Assembly (NCBI GenBank): GCA_965242695.1
Contig: CBDESU010000002.1
Span: 1,344,001-1,408,000, forward strand
Length of the DNA stretch: 64,000 nt
Direction of reading: 5' to 3'
Source of the DNA: Cenarchaeum sp.
Lineage (GTDB): Archaea > Thermoproteota > Nitrososphaeria > Nitrososphaerales > Nitrosopumilaceae
Shown here: in pieces, positions 10,601 through 19,416 of the stretch
How the letters are laid out: each line of letters begins with the position of its first letter
Numbering within the stretch: position 1 is the stretch's first letter
Notes under the pieces: model-generated
Seen by the model: only the letters and a program-made list of their open reading frames with translations
What the model was told of the DNA's origin: nothing
The model's database searches: none
Position numbers and translations under genes: made by a program

Positions 10601-11899
10601 CATTCCCATCTGGCCGAGCGCCCGCCCGCACCTGAGGCACCCGCGCGCATCGCCAATCGTTCCGCCGCCGCCGCCGGCGGGCCCAGAGTACCACTTTCCC
10701 GCCCTCTGGTAGTGATCTGCCGCCGCGTCCGTGCCGCCCGCGCGCAGCGCCGCCGCCCCGAACTTTTCGCAGGCCTCTGCGCACTCTAGCGCATGCGAGG
10801 GGTCGATCCCCGCGGCCGCCTCGAGGGCAGTCGCGGCCTCTTCGAGCCTGCCCCTCTTCCCTAGGGCGCGCCCGCACCTTGCGCAGCCGGCGGCCGCCGC
10901 GTCCGCATCCTCCCCCGCCCCCTTCTGGTACATCTCGGCCGCCCTGGCGTAGTGCCCGTCGGTCCCGATGCCGGCGCCTCCTTGCGGCGGGGCCTCGCAC
11001 TGCGCGTCAGTCGCATCGCCGTCCTTCGCGGCGCCGGCGCACCTTTCGTGCGCCCTTGCGCACTCTAGATCGTGCGCGGGATCCAGCACGGCGGCCGACT
11101 CTAGGGCCGCGGCCGCATCCGCATGCCTGCCCATGGCCGCCAGCGACCTGCCGCACTGCGTGCAGCCCATGGCCGCCTTCCTGAACAGGCCCGGGTCGAT
11201 CCCGGCCGACTCTGCGTACCGCCTTGCAGCCCTGACATACTGCCCGATCTCTTCCAGGGCCGTTCCTGCCCTGAACCTGGCCTCGGCCGAGCCCGGGTCC
11301 GCCCCGCATGCGGCCTCGTAGCACTCGGCCGCCCTGTCGGCGTCTCCCCTGCCGGCGATCACATACCCCATGTCCAGGTGCGTCTGGGACCTTGACGGAT
11401 CAGCTAACAGCGCCGTCCGGTACGGCCCGTCCATGTCGTCGACGGGCTCCTTGACCAGCTCTTCCCAGCATTCGATGCACCTGTCCCGAAGCACCTGCAT
11501 CTTCTTGCGGGCCTTTTGGCCCTCCGAGTCGCCGGCGCGGCCCTGCAGCGACAGCGCGTGCCCGAGCCACGCGCACGCCTCGGCGTACCTGCCGGACTTT
11601 TGGCGCACCTTTGCGCGCTGCGCGCAGACGTCGGCGCAGGCGTGCCACAGGCCGTTTATCCCGGCAGCCTTTTCGAGGCACTCGAGGGCGGCCCTTTCGA
11701 CCTCATCGCCGCCTGCCCCCTCGGCCGCGCCGCCGAGCAGGTTCCTTGCGCACGTCAGGTACGCATTGGCGCATTCCCTGCGCTTCCTGTCCCTGTCGCC
11801 GCCGACCGCGTACTGCAGCTCGACCTCGAGCTGCGCGGCGCGCCGCCGCAGGTCCGGCCCGCCCGCCTCCTTGTCCTCCGACTTGCCGGCCGCGGCCAT
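7622..11899 (-). CDS. Large Cys/Ala-rich TPR-like repeat protein with C-terminal PIN domain (1425 aa)
   Basis: Repeats such as GCARCGRAL..MGRLEEAA.ALE.AA.LDPSHA.ECA. C-terminus has YVCDTNVVI...IPQVCYNE...DVLVLATA...LVTWDSDF (PIN acidic residues). Confidence 0.8.
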   Translation of the reverse strand: MAAAGKSEDKEAGGPDLRRRAAQLEVELQYAVGGDRDRKRRECANAYLTCARNLLGGAAEGAGGDEVERAALECLEKAAGINGLWHACADVCAQRAKVRQKSGRYAEACAWLGHALSLQGRAGDSEGQKARKKMQVLRDRCIECWEELVKEPVDDMDGPYRTALLADPSRSQTHLDMGYVIAGRGDADRAAECYEAACGADPGSAEARFRAGTALEEIGQYVRAARRYAESAGIDPGLFRKAAMGCTQCGRSLAAMGRHADAAAALESAAVLDPAHDLECARAHERCAGAAKDGDATDAQCEAPPQGGAGIGTDGHYARAAEMYQKGAGEDADAAAAGCARCGRALGKRGRLEEAATALEAAAGIDPSHALECAEACEKFGAAALRAGGTDAAADHYQRAGKWYSGPAGGGGGTIGDARGCLRCGRALGQMGMPEEAAACIEAAAELDRAHAPECARAHEECGAALRSGPGGRDDEAAAHYAKAASWHQEASAGDAGAAAEAAAGCARCGRALADMGRLAEAAEALGAAAKLEPSHAPECAEAHERCAAEARSRRGGDAGEAARHYAEAARWHRAAAGGGGSEKAAAGCARCGRALGEMGRLEAAAEAHAGAAALDPSLALEQTRACMDMADRAGAGKGRGVRARILRLALECCGGAGGGEKSPGLRLAAADILLDMGRHEEAAAEYGRAFGEDRSLRPRCGGGCVRCGDGLAGDSRISEAVACVRGAQAAGMIGPEECEDALARWGRAMFAESRHGEAAACFKAGAEAGGSAASWLGLAASLSGDGRHAEAAAAYGEAPGEEHGGPGPRRFAAEASGSAGGSAACLAIADALLGEGMHGEAEGWYARARKGGTGAERSRAYVGIARSLHAESMHAPAYDSLLMAAAAAAADGAGAGTGRLCAGVGAGLEGEGLHDRAAECYEMAAEMDAGIAAECAEGCLRAGGALEKAGRRKDAIACYEAASRIDAGSHAAHFAIADAAARDGNYNRAEWYYEVAGKCGGNAERAGAGMAMCRASDLYKRARDEVDMPTKRRLYVEAEDAYAEAARRSPEGPEPLIGAGKACLKQRSDVDNLRRAEEYFAGAIALDPRLLEAHLLAGKAARKHAQGTGDRSRYADAMRYYDAAIEGQPDRVIAAKYWRGVCMLCGGEDGDEAAREFLSSVLDGAEPADSEERHYCGKICDILGRHGEAAEYYLGSLEGSRLYSAGFYSRIDRGRIRSGRAAGGGAAVGGPRGAGTGGEAGGAPDLQYVCDTNVVISYLDHLARGTVFEGSMVPMFEKRQCFIPQVCYNEAYGKVAGSEQRSRMLHDAIGPLCTVIKGRGRMDMRMQRAREAFMSAWLYSGEDTIREWCMHADDKAAKKSARYVGGPPSGRDVLVLATAIDMHVNPARPASTSLVTWDSDFTAFGDHIRAETGVEVVRPEDVGR

Positions 11900-11983
11900 A
11901 CACGGCGCGGGGCGTACTTGCTTATAGGAATTGACCTCGCGTGCAGCGAGCAGATTTTAAGGCCGCGCGGAGGGCGGCGCGGC

Positions 11984-12499
11984 GTGAGGCCGTTCGTCCT
12001 GTGGATGACCGGCCTGCCGTGCTCGGGCAAGACGTCGGCGGCGCGCGGGTTGCGACGGCTCGTGCCGAACCTGGCCGTGCTAGACGGCGACGAGCTGCGC
12101 GAGTGGCTGACCTCGCACGACTATACGAGGGAGGGGCGGCGCGAGCACGTGCGCCGCACGGCCCGCCTGGCCGCGCTGCTCTGGCGGCACGGCGTGCCGA
12201 GCTGCGTCCCGACGGTCAGCCCGTACGCCGAGGACCGACAAGAGGCGCGCAGGCTGGCCGCCTGCGGCGGCGCATTCGCCGAGTGCTACGTGCGGTGCCC
12301 GCAGGCCGAGTGCGAGCGGCGCGACGCAAAGGGCATGTATGCCAGGGCGCGCGCCGGCCTGCTGCCCATGTTCACCGGCGTCGGCGACCCGTACGAGGAG
12401 CCCGCAAGCCCCGACCTGGTCGTCGACACGGATCGGGCCGGCATCGCCGAGGCGGCAGACATGATCGCCGACTTTCTGCGCTCGCGCGGCCTGTTGTAG
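11984..12499 (+). CDS. cysC: Adenylyl-sulfate kinase
   Basis: WMTGLPCSGKT, LDGDELR, VSPY..DR, RDAKGMY, FTGVGDPYEEP. GTG 11984 is 23 nt after TTTTAA. Confidence 0.92.
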   Translation: MRPFVLWMTGLPCSGKTSAARGLRRLVPNLAVLDGDELREWLTSHDYTREGRREHVRRTARLAALLWRHGVPSCVPTVSPYAEDRQEARRLAACGGAFAECYVRCPQAECERRDAKGMYARARAGLLPMFTGVGDPYEEPASPDLVVDTDRAGIAEAADMIADFLRSRGLL

Positions 12500-12517
12500 G
12501 GGCGCCTCTGCCGCCCT

Positions 12518-12614
12518 CCCCCTCCGGCCGGGCGGCGCGCCGATCCCCTGTTGGGGGTCTGCCCGAGCCCGAGCACTCGATCGAGCCCCCTCCGGCCGGG
12601 CGGCGCGCCGATCC
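12518..12614. repeat. Intergenic 29-bp direct repeat x2 separated by 39 bp
   Basis: CCCCCTCCGGCCGGGCGGCGCGCCGATCC at 12518-12546 and 12586-12614. Confidence 0.85.
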
Positions 12615-12719
12615 GGGTGCCGCGGCGGACCGCGGGAATGCGCGACGCCGCCGCTCGGCTCTTGCCGCCAGTGCCGATCGCAAACGAACACCTTTTACCG
12701 CAGCCGCCAGCCGCGCGGC

Positions 12720-14822
12720 GTGGACTTTCGGCAGGCGTTCAGGACGCTCGGCCTGGCAGTCGGCTCGACGATCCAAGAGATCAAAAAGGCGTACCACAGG
12801 CTTGCACTCGAGACCCATCCCGACAGGCACCCGGGCGTGGACTGGCCGGACGGCGAGTTCAAGAGGGTGCACGAGGCGTACGAGGCGGCCAAGGACTATG
12901 CCGCCGGCGGGGCTGCGCCGGGCGGCGGCAGGGAAGGGGAGGGCGGCGGCCAAGAGGGGCCGCCGGGCGGCGGCAGGGAAGGGGAGGGCGGCGGCCAAGA
13001 GGGGCCGCCGGGCGGCGGCAGGCCGGGGAGTGGGGGCCACAGATACGACCCGAGCGCGGGGCCGTGGCATCCGGACGACGAGCCACCGTACCGGCGCCGC
13101 ACCGTCGAGGAGATACTGGCGGACGGGCCCGCCGTCGCGAACCTGCTCCGCTGCTTTCCGGGCGGCATGGCGCCGCGCCCCATCCAGCGGCACATACTGT
13201 CCGAGGTGCACGGGCACCTCCTCGCCGGCGCCCGCAGGATCGTCGTGTCCGCCCCGACAGGCGCGGGCAAGTCGGCCGTCGGGGCGGCCCTGGCGCAGTA
13301 CCTGGAGACGTCGTTTGTAGTCACGTCCACGCGCCACCTCCAGGACCAGTACGCCGGCGACTTTGGCTGGCTGCGCGCGGTAAAGGGGCAGAGAAACTTC
13401 GAGTGCCTGGGCATCGCGCAGGGGGAGAAGGGCATCCGGCCGGCCGACCGCGGAGGGTTGCCGCGCATCGAGGAGAGCTGCTACGCCGGGCGGCACAACG
13501 GCTGCGCGCTGCCGGTCGGCATCGCCGAGTTCTGCGCGTCCGCCAGGATGGTCGGCGGCCCGGGCCCCGATGCCGCCGACGCCGCGGCGCACTGCCCGTA
13601 CGACCTGCAGCGGTACTCGGCGCTGCGAAGCGCGCACTCGCTGTGGAACTATGCGATGTACCTGCGGGCGACGCACAGCGAAAAGGACTACGAGGCGCAC
13701 AGGCCGTGGCTGGAGCGCAACGTGGCCATATTCGACGAGGCGCACAACGCCGAAGAGTCCATAATCGACTCCATCGGCCTGGATGTGCTCCGCGCGGAGC
13801 TTGACGAGTGCCGGCTCGGCGTCTCCGCGTACGACCTCGCCGACCTGGACGGCGTCGTGCGCATGCTAGGCGACATCGAGGCCGAGTACGAGCGCATGCT
13901 CAAGGAGGAAAAGCGCATCCAGGCGGGCAGGGCGAGCCCAGACCTGCGCCGCGCCACGCACCTGCAGGAAAAGGCCGACAAGTACTCGGACATATGCGAC
14001 GAGATCTGCCTCAACCCGGCCAACTTTGTGGTGAACGACCCCGTGCTCGGCGCCGACGGGTCGTTCGAGTCCCTCCTGATAAAGCCCCTGTCCGTCCGGC
14101 GGTACGCCGACTCGGTGTTCCGCACCCCCGTCCAGATCTTCATGTCGGCCACGATACACAAGGAGACGTTCTGCCGCAGCATGGGGTTTTCGCCCGACGA
14201 GGTCGCCTTTGTCGACACGCCCGAGTCGCCGTTTCCACTCGAGCGGCGCAGGGTCGAGTTCCTGGACGTGGCCGCCCTCTCGGCCAAGCGGCCGGAGAAC
14301 GAGGCGCCGGTAATCGCCGAGATCGACAGGATACTCGATCGGCACGCCGGCGAGCGCGGCCTCATCCTCACGTCGTCAAAGTCCAGGTGCTGGAGGATAC
14401 TCGAGGGCCTCTCGCCGGCCAGCCGCGGGCGCGTCCGCATCTGCCACGCAGTCAACAGGGGCGGGCGGACGCAGGATCAGGTGATCGACGAGCATTCGCG
14501 CACGCCGGGCAGCGTCCTGCTGTCGTCGTCGCTGTGGCAGGGCGCGGACCTGGCCGGCGACAGGTCGAGGTTCCAGATCATCGCAAAGACGCCGTACCTG
14601 AACTACACCGAAAAGTGGGTCAAGCGGAAGGTAGAGGCCGAGCCGGAGTGGGCCGACGCCCATGCGCTGACCCGGGTGCTCCAGGGAATGGGCCGCTCGG
14701 TGCGCAGCGAGGACGACCATGCCATAACGTACGTCCTCGACTCGAACACGCACGCGCTGATAAGGAGGCGCGCCGGCGTGATCCCCGCCGCGTACCACGA
14801 CGCCCTGGGGATCGGCGGATGA
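12720..14822 (+). CDS. J-domain (DnaJ) fused to DinG/Rad3/XPD-family SF2 helicase
   Basis: N-terminal EIKKAYHRLALETHPD...EFKRVHEAYE. Helicase motifs APTGAGKS, DEAH, MSAT, WQGADL, QGMGRSVRSEDD, with Cys residues in the Fe-S region. Confidence 0.88.
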   Translation: MDFRQAFRTLGLAVGSTIQEIKKAYHRLALETHPDRHPGVDWPDGEFKRVHEAYEAAKDYAAGGAAPGGGREGEGGGQEGPPGGGREGEGGGQEGPPGGGRPGSGGHRYDPSAGPWHPDDEPPYRRRTVEEILADGPAVANLLRCFPGGMAPRPIQRHILSEVHGHLLAGARRIVVSAPTGAGKSAVGAALAQYLETSFVVTSTRHLQDQYAGDFGWLRAVKGQRNFECLGIAQGEKGIRPADRGGLPRIEESCYAGRHNGCALPVGIAEFCASARMVGGPGPDAADAAAHCPYDLQRYSALRSAHSLWNYAMYLRATHSEKDYEAHRPWLERNVAIFDEAHNAEESIIDSIGLDVLRAELDECRLGVSAYDLADLDGVVRMLGDIEAEYERMLKEEKRIQAGRASPDLRRATHLQEKADKYSDICDEICLNPANFVVNDPVLGADGSFESLLIKPLSVRRYADSVFRTPVQIFMSATIHKETFCRSMGFSPDEVAFVDTPESPFPLERRRVEFLDVAALSAKRPENEAPVIAEIDRILDRHAGERGLILTSSKSRCWRILEGLSPASRGRVRICHAVNRGGRTQDQVIDEHSRTPGSVLLSSSLWQGADLAGDRSRFQIIAKTPYLNYTEKWVKRKVEAEPEWADAHALTRVLQGMGRSVRSEDDHAITYVLDSNTHALIRRRAGVIPAAYHDALGIGG
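12916..13022 (+). repeat. 45-bp coding tandem repeat (PGGGREGEGGGQEGP) in the J-domain/helicase linker
   Basis: Two full copies and one partial copy starting at 12916, 12961 and 13006. Confidence 0.9.
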
Positions 14823-15009
14823 CGGGCGCGCCCGCGTCCCTCCGGCACCGCAGGCCCGCCGCGGCGCGCGTCATGGGCGGCCGGAGCCGGCGGAACGCCT
14901 CCTGCCGCATGCCCACGCGCCTCCTAGGCCACGCGATCGGAGGCCTCCGGCCCCTCCCCGGCGCCGCCGCCGCAAACCCATAAATGGACTGCGCCGCGCC
15001 CCGCGCGCA

Positions 15010-15630
15010 ATGGGAAAATACACACTACCGGAGATGCCGTACTCTTACGATGCGCTAGAGCCGCATCTGGATGCGCGCACGATGGAGATCCACCACACAA
15101 AGCACCACCAAACGTACACCGACAAGCTCAACGCGGCGCTCGACGGGTGCCCGCCCGACGTCCAGGGCGCCGACATACTCGACGTGCTGTCCGACCTCTC
15201 GAAGGTTCCCGAGGACAAGCGCGGCGCGGTCAACTTCAACGGCGGCGGCTACGACAACCACCGGCTGTTCTGGAGCAGCATGAAGGCCGGCGGCGGCGGC
15301 GAGCCCGGCGGGGCCCTGGCCGATGCGATCAGCGCATCGTTCGGCGGCTTTGCGGCGTTCAAGGAAAAGTTCTCGGCCACGACGGCGGTCATACAGGGCA
15401 GCGGCTGGGGCTGGCTCGTGTACAACCCGTCGACGTCAAAGGTCGAGTACAAGTCGATGCCGAACCAGACGAGCCCGAGGACCGAGGGGCTTGTGCCCCT
15501 ACTCGGATGCGACGTGTGGGAGCACGCGTACTACCTAAAGTACCAGAACCGCAGGCCCGACTACATCTCGGCGTGGTGGAACGTCGTCGACTGGGACGAG
15601 GTCGACGGCCGGCTCTCGAGGGCAAGGTAA
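15010..15630 (+). CDS. sod: Fe/Mn superoxide dismutase
   Basis: LPEMPYSYDALEP, HHTKHH, GSGWGWL, DVWEHAYY. Confidence 0.97.
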   Translation: MGKYTLPEMPYSYDALEPHLDARTMEIHHTKHHQTYTDKLNAALDGCPPDVQGADILDVLSDLSKVPEDKRGAVNFNGGGYDNHRLFWSSMKAGGGGEPGGALADAISASFGGFAAFKEKFSATTAVIQGSGWGWLVYNPSTSKVEYKSMPNQTSPRTEGLVPLLGCDVWEHAYYLKYQNRRPDYISAWWNVVDWDEVDGRLSRAR

Positions 15631-15863
15631 AACCCGGGCATCGCGCCCATTTTTTCATCATCCGCGGGGGCGGCTCCCGCCGCGCGCCGCCTGCCAGGCG
15701 CCCGCACCCGCCTTCCCTTGAGCCCCGCGCCGGCTGGTGGCGGCGTTGCGGGAGGAGGGTGCGGGCGATGGCGCGGCGGCGCCAAGGCGCGCGCCGCGGG
15801 CCGGCATTCGCACCGGGGCCGGCCCGTGATCACTTATAACGGCCGCCGGGGCCGCGTGGCGCG

Positions 15864-16379
15864 TTGAGCCTCAGCAGTTCGGACGAGCAGCGCTGGAACG
15901 AGCTCCAGCTGGCAGCGCAGGAACTGGAGGCGCAGGATGCAGAACTGGCAAGGCGCGCCTCTGGACTGAGCGGCGCCCTGCGCGAGGGCAACGCCGCGGC
16001 GTCGGCCCTTCGCGCGCTAGAGGCGGCAGCCTCTGCGTCAGGATCCCAGGGCGGCGGATCCGGCGAGGCCGACTCGCTCGTGCCGCTCGGGCTCGGACTG
16101 TACGGGCGGGCTCGGATTTCGTACGGAACGGGCGTGATTGTGAGCATCGGGGCCGGAGCGGCGGTCGAAAAGGACACCGGCGCGGCCCTCAACCACGTCG
16201 ATGCAAGGATAAAGGAGATCGAGGTGGAGGTGCAGGGCGTAAACGCAATGCGCGCCGAGGTGGCGCAGCGTGCGGGGCGGGTGAGGCAGGAGCTGGACGC
16301 CATAATGAGGAGGGCCGCCGGCGAGGCTGGCGCAGATGTCGCAGCCGCGGCCGGCCGGCCGGCCGAGGGTCGGGCATGA
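15864..16379 (+). CDS. pfdA: Prefoldin subunit alpha
   Basis: Coiled coils flanking LVPLGLGLY...VIVSIGAGAAVEK; upstream of ftsY; TTATAA ~24 nt before the TTG. Confidence 0.85.
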   Translation: MSLSSSDEQRWNELQLAAQELEAQDAELARRASGLSGALREGNAAASALRALEAAASASGSQGGGSGEADSLVPLGLGLYGRARISYGTGVIVSIGAGAAVEKDTGAALNHVDARIKEIEVEVQGVNAMRAEVAQRAGRVRQELDAIMRRAAGEAGADVAAAAGRPAEGRA

Positions 16380-16385
16380 TGCGGC

Positions 16386-18149
16386 ATGTTTGAGAGCCTC
16401 CGCTCGGCATTCTCAAACGTCGCCAAGAGCCTGGGCGAAAAGGAGCTGGCCGAAAAGGACATCGACGGCGCCCTCGTCGAGCTCGAGATGTCGCTGCTAG
16501 AGTCCGACGTGGCCGTCGAGGTCATCGACGCGGTCAAGGCCGACCTGAAGGGGAGGCTGGTCGGGGCCAGCATAGGGCGCAAGCAGGTGTCCGAGTTCGT
16601 CTCGGCCAGCCTCTCGGGCCTAGTGTCTTCCATGTTCGACGAGGCCGGCGAGGTCGACCTGCTAGGCCTGGTCGCAGCCAAGAAGGAGTCGGGGGCCGCC
16701 GACCCGTACGTGGTCGTCTTCGTAGGGATCAACGGGACGGGCAAGACGACCAGCCTGGCAAAGATCGCGCACATGCTGCAGCGGGCAAAGTTTTCCGTGG
16801 CAATCGCGGCGGCCGACACGTTCCGCGCCGGGGCCATCGAGCAGCTGCGCGAGCATGCGAACCGCCTGAACCTGAAGCTGATCGCGCAAAAGTACGGCGC
16901 CGACCCGGCCGCCGTCGCCCGCGACGCCGTCCTCTACGCGCGCTCGCACAAGGTCGACTGCGTCCTGGTCGACACGGCGGGCCGGATGCAGACTAGCAGC
17001 AACCTGATGGCGCAGATTGGCAAGATCACGAGCGTGGTAAAGCCCGACCTGCGGATATTCGTAGGCGACTCGCTTGCGGGAAACGACACGGTCAGCCAGG
17101 CGCGCGAGTTCTACGAGCACGTAAAGTTCAACGGCTCGATCCTGACAAAGAGCGACGCCGACGCGCGCGGCGGCGCGGCCCTGTCAGTGGTAAAGATCAC
17201 GTCGACGCCGGTCATGTACCTCGGCGTCGGGCAAGAGTACGGCGATCTTGCGCCCTTTAGCAAGGAGGCGTTCCTAGAGACCGTGTTCGACGAGGGCGGG
17301 CCGATCGGCGGCGAGATGGGGGACAAGGTATCCGAGGTGCTCGCAAAGACGCCGGCCTCTGCCCCTGCCGAGCCCGCCCCGGCCGCCCCCGAGCCCGAGC
17401 CCGCCTCTGCCCAGGCCGAGCCCGCCCAGGCCGAGCCCGCCCAGGCCGAGCCCGCCCAGGCCGAGCCCGCCCAGGCCGAGCCCGCCCAGGCCGAGCCCGC
17501 CCAGGCCGAGCCCGCACCGGCCGCCCCCGAGCCCGAGCCCGCACCGGCCGAGCCCGCACCGACAGCCCCCGAGCCCGAGCCCGCCTCTGCCCCGGCCGAG
17601 CCCGCACCGGCCGCCCCCGAGCCCGAGCCCGCACCGGCCGAGCCCGCACCGACAGCCCCCGAGCCCGAGCCCGCACCGGCCGAGCCCGCACCGACAGCCC
17701 CCGAGCCCGATCCCGCCTCTGCCCCGGCCGAGCCCGCCCCGGCCGAGCCCGCCCCGGCCGAGCCCGCCCCGGCCGAGCCCGCGCCGGCCGCCCCCGAGCC
17801 CGAGCCCGCGCCGGCCGAGCCCGCGCCGGCCGAGCCCGCGCCGGCTCCGGCCGCCCCCGAGCCCGAGACCGCCCCGGCCGCCCCCGCGCGCAAAGATCCG
17901 TTTGAGGGAATAGCGACGGACGACATCAACCAGTACGCAGATATCCACAATGCCTCCCACCCAGAAAACGACGATCAAGCGATGCGAATGGCGGCACAGA
18001 TCAAGAGGTGGGTGGAACAGGGGCGCCCTGATCCGAAACATCTTCGTGAGCCGGCCGAGCCCGAGCCGGCCGAGCCCGAGCCGGCCGAGCCCGAGCCGGC
18101 CGAAGCCAAAAAGAAAAAGCGGTCATTCTTTGGGAGGTTCAGAAAATGA
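16386..18149 (+). CDS. ftsY: SRP receptor FtsY with long C-terminal Pro/Ala/Glu repeat extension
   Basis: GINGTGKTT, DTFRAGAIEQL, DTAGR, TKSD..ARGG. Confidence 0.95.
   Translation: MFESLRSAFSNVAKSLGEKELAEKDIDGALVELEMSLLESDVAVEVIDAVKADLKGRLVGASIGRKQVSEFVSASLSGLVSSMFDEAGEVDLLGLVAAKKESGAADPYVVVFVGINGTGKTTSLAKIAHMLQRAKFSVAIAAADTFRAGAIEQLREHANRLNLKLIAQKYGADPAAVARDAVLYARSHKVDCVLVDTAGRMQTSSNLMAQIGKITSVVKPDLRIFVGDSLAGNDTVSQAREFYEHVKFNGSILTKSDADARGGAALSVVKITSTPVMYLGVGQEYGDLAPFSKEAFLETVFDEGGPIGGEMGDKVSEVLAKTPASAPAEPAPAAPEPEPASAQAEPAQAEPAQAEPAQAEPAQAEPAQAEPAQAEPAPAAPEPEPAPAEPAPTAPEPEPASAPAEPAPAAPEPEPAPAEPAPTAPEPEPAPAEPAPTAPEPDPASAPAEPAPAEPAPAEPAPAEPAPAAPEPEPAPAEPAPAEPAPAPAAPEPETAPAAPARKDPFEGIATDDINQYADIHNASHPENDDQAMRMAAQIKRWVEQGRPDPKHLREPAEPEPAEPEPAEPEPAEAKKKKRSFFGRFRK
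17353..17885 (+). repeat. Coding minisatellite in ftsY (AEPAQ/AEPAP/APEPEP units, mostly 15 bp)
   Basis: GCCGAGCCCGCCCAG-type units iterated; three further PAEPE copies near 18050-18100. Confidence 0.95.
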
Positions 18150-19099
18150 ATCTGCGGACGAGGGACTTTCTCACGTTCGCCGAGATAGACGGCGGAGAGA
18201 CGGGCCGCCTGCTCGACCTTGCGGGGCGCCTCAAGCGGCGCCTGGCCGCCAGCCGCTCGCGAGGCGCGGAACTTGCCGGCGCCACAATGGCCATGATATT
18301 CCAAAAGCCGTCGACGCGCACGCGCGTCAGCTTTGAGACGGGCATGTTCCAGCTCGGCGGGCACGCCGTCAACCTCTCCGCCTCCGACACGCAGCTGTCC
18401 CGAGGCGAGACGATCGCCGACACCGCGGCGACCCTCTCGAGGTACGCCGACGTGATCATGGCTAGGGTATTCGAGCACTCCGACCTAGAGGCGCTCGCGG
18501 CCCACTCGGACGTGCCTGTCGTGAACGGCCTGTCCGACATGTTCCACCCGTGCCAGACCCTTGCCGACCTGCTGACGATCCGCGAGCAGAAGGGCCGCCT
18601 TCGGGGGCTCAAGGTGTGCTGGATCGGCGACGGCAACAACGTCTGCAACTCGCTCATATACGGTTGCGCCCGCGCTGGCATGGACGTGTCGGTGGCCACG
18701 CCGAGGCGGTTCCGCCCCCTGCCCGGCGTAGTCGACGAGGCGCTCGACTCGATCTCCGTCGAGCAGACTGCTAGCCCGCCGCGCGCGGCGGCCGGCGCCG
18801 ACGTCGTCATGACGGACACCCACTCGTCCATACACGACGACCCGAGCAAGGGCAGGCTGTTCGGGCCAAAGTACACCGTCGACGATCGCCTCATGTCCGG
18901 GGCCGCGGCCGATGCCATCTTCATGCACTGCCTGCCGGCCAAGCGCGGGCGCGAGGTCGCATCGTCCGTCATTGACGGGCCGCAGTCGGCCGTCTGGGAC
19001 CAGGCCGAGAACCGCCTGCATGCGCAAAAGGCGCTGCTCGTCGCGCTGCTCGGTAGCGGCGGCCGTCGCCGCCGCACCGGCCGCGGCCGCCGAGCCTAG
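18146..19099 (+). CDS. argF: Ornithine carbamoyltransferase
   Basis: PSTRTRVSF, HPCQ, GDGNNV, HCLP, QAENRLH. Confidence 0.95.
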   Translation: MNLRTRDFLTFAEIDGGETGRLLDLAGRLKRRLAASRSRGAELAGATMAMIFQKPSTRTRVSFETGMFQLGGHAVNLSASDTQLSRGETIADTAATLSRYADVIMARVFEHSDLEALAAHSDVPVVNGLSDMFHPCQTLADLLTIREQKGRLRGLKVCWIGDGNNVCNSLIYGCARAGMDVSVATPRRFRPLPGVVDEALDSISVEQTASPPRAAAGADVVMTDTHSSIHDDPSKGRLFGPKYTVDDRLMSGAAADAIFMHCLPAKRGREVASSVIDGPQSAVWDQAENRLHAQKALLVALLGSGGRRRRTGRGRRA

Positions 19100-19377
19100 C
19101 CCTGCTGCCTCCTGCAGGGCCGCGGCCGCGCGATCTAGGCCCCCTGGCCGCCCTGCCGGCCTATCCCCGCACTCGCCTCGCTGCAGGCCCTCCGATGCGG
19201 CCCTCAATCGCGGTGGCATGGCCGCCCGTACCGTACCCGCTACTTGCGGCATGCCTGCGGCCGCCTGCCGCGCCGATTTCGCGACCGCCTTGCCAGGCCT
19301 CGCCTGCCTGCTCCTGCCGCCGCATGCGCCTGCAAGCCGCCCGTCGGGGCATCAGATCGCGAACATGCCAAATTACG

Positions 19378-19385
19378 TTTATAAG
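19378..19385 (+). promoter_or_regulatory. TATA box of the rpl18 operon
   Basis: TTTATAAG in very GC-rich context, ~32 nt before the rpl18 ATG. Confidence 0.7.
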
Positions 19386-19416
19386 AGCACGGCCGTCCCC
19401 GCGCGCCGGACAGCCA

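Noticed and set aside
17111-18041. Gly/Ser/Ala-rich minus-strand ORFs resembling silk-like proteins
   Set aside because: Antisense shadows of the ftsY minisatellite.
19100-19377. Possible SRP RNA or RNase P RNA in long GC-rich spacers (also 46070-46450, 54040-54400)
   Set aside because: No diagnostic motifs recognised by eye; an Infernal/Rfam scan would be needed.
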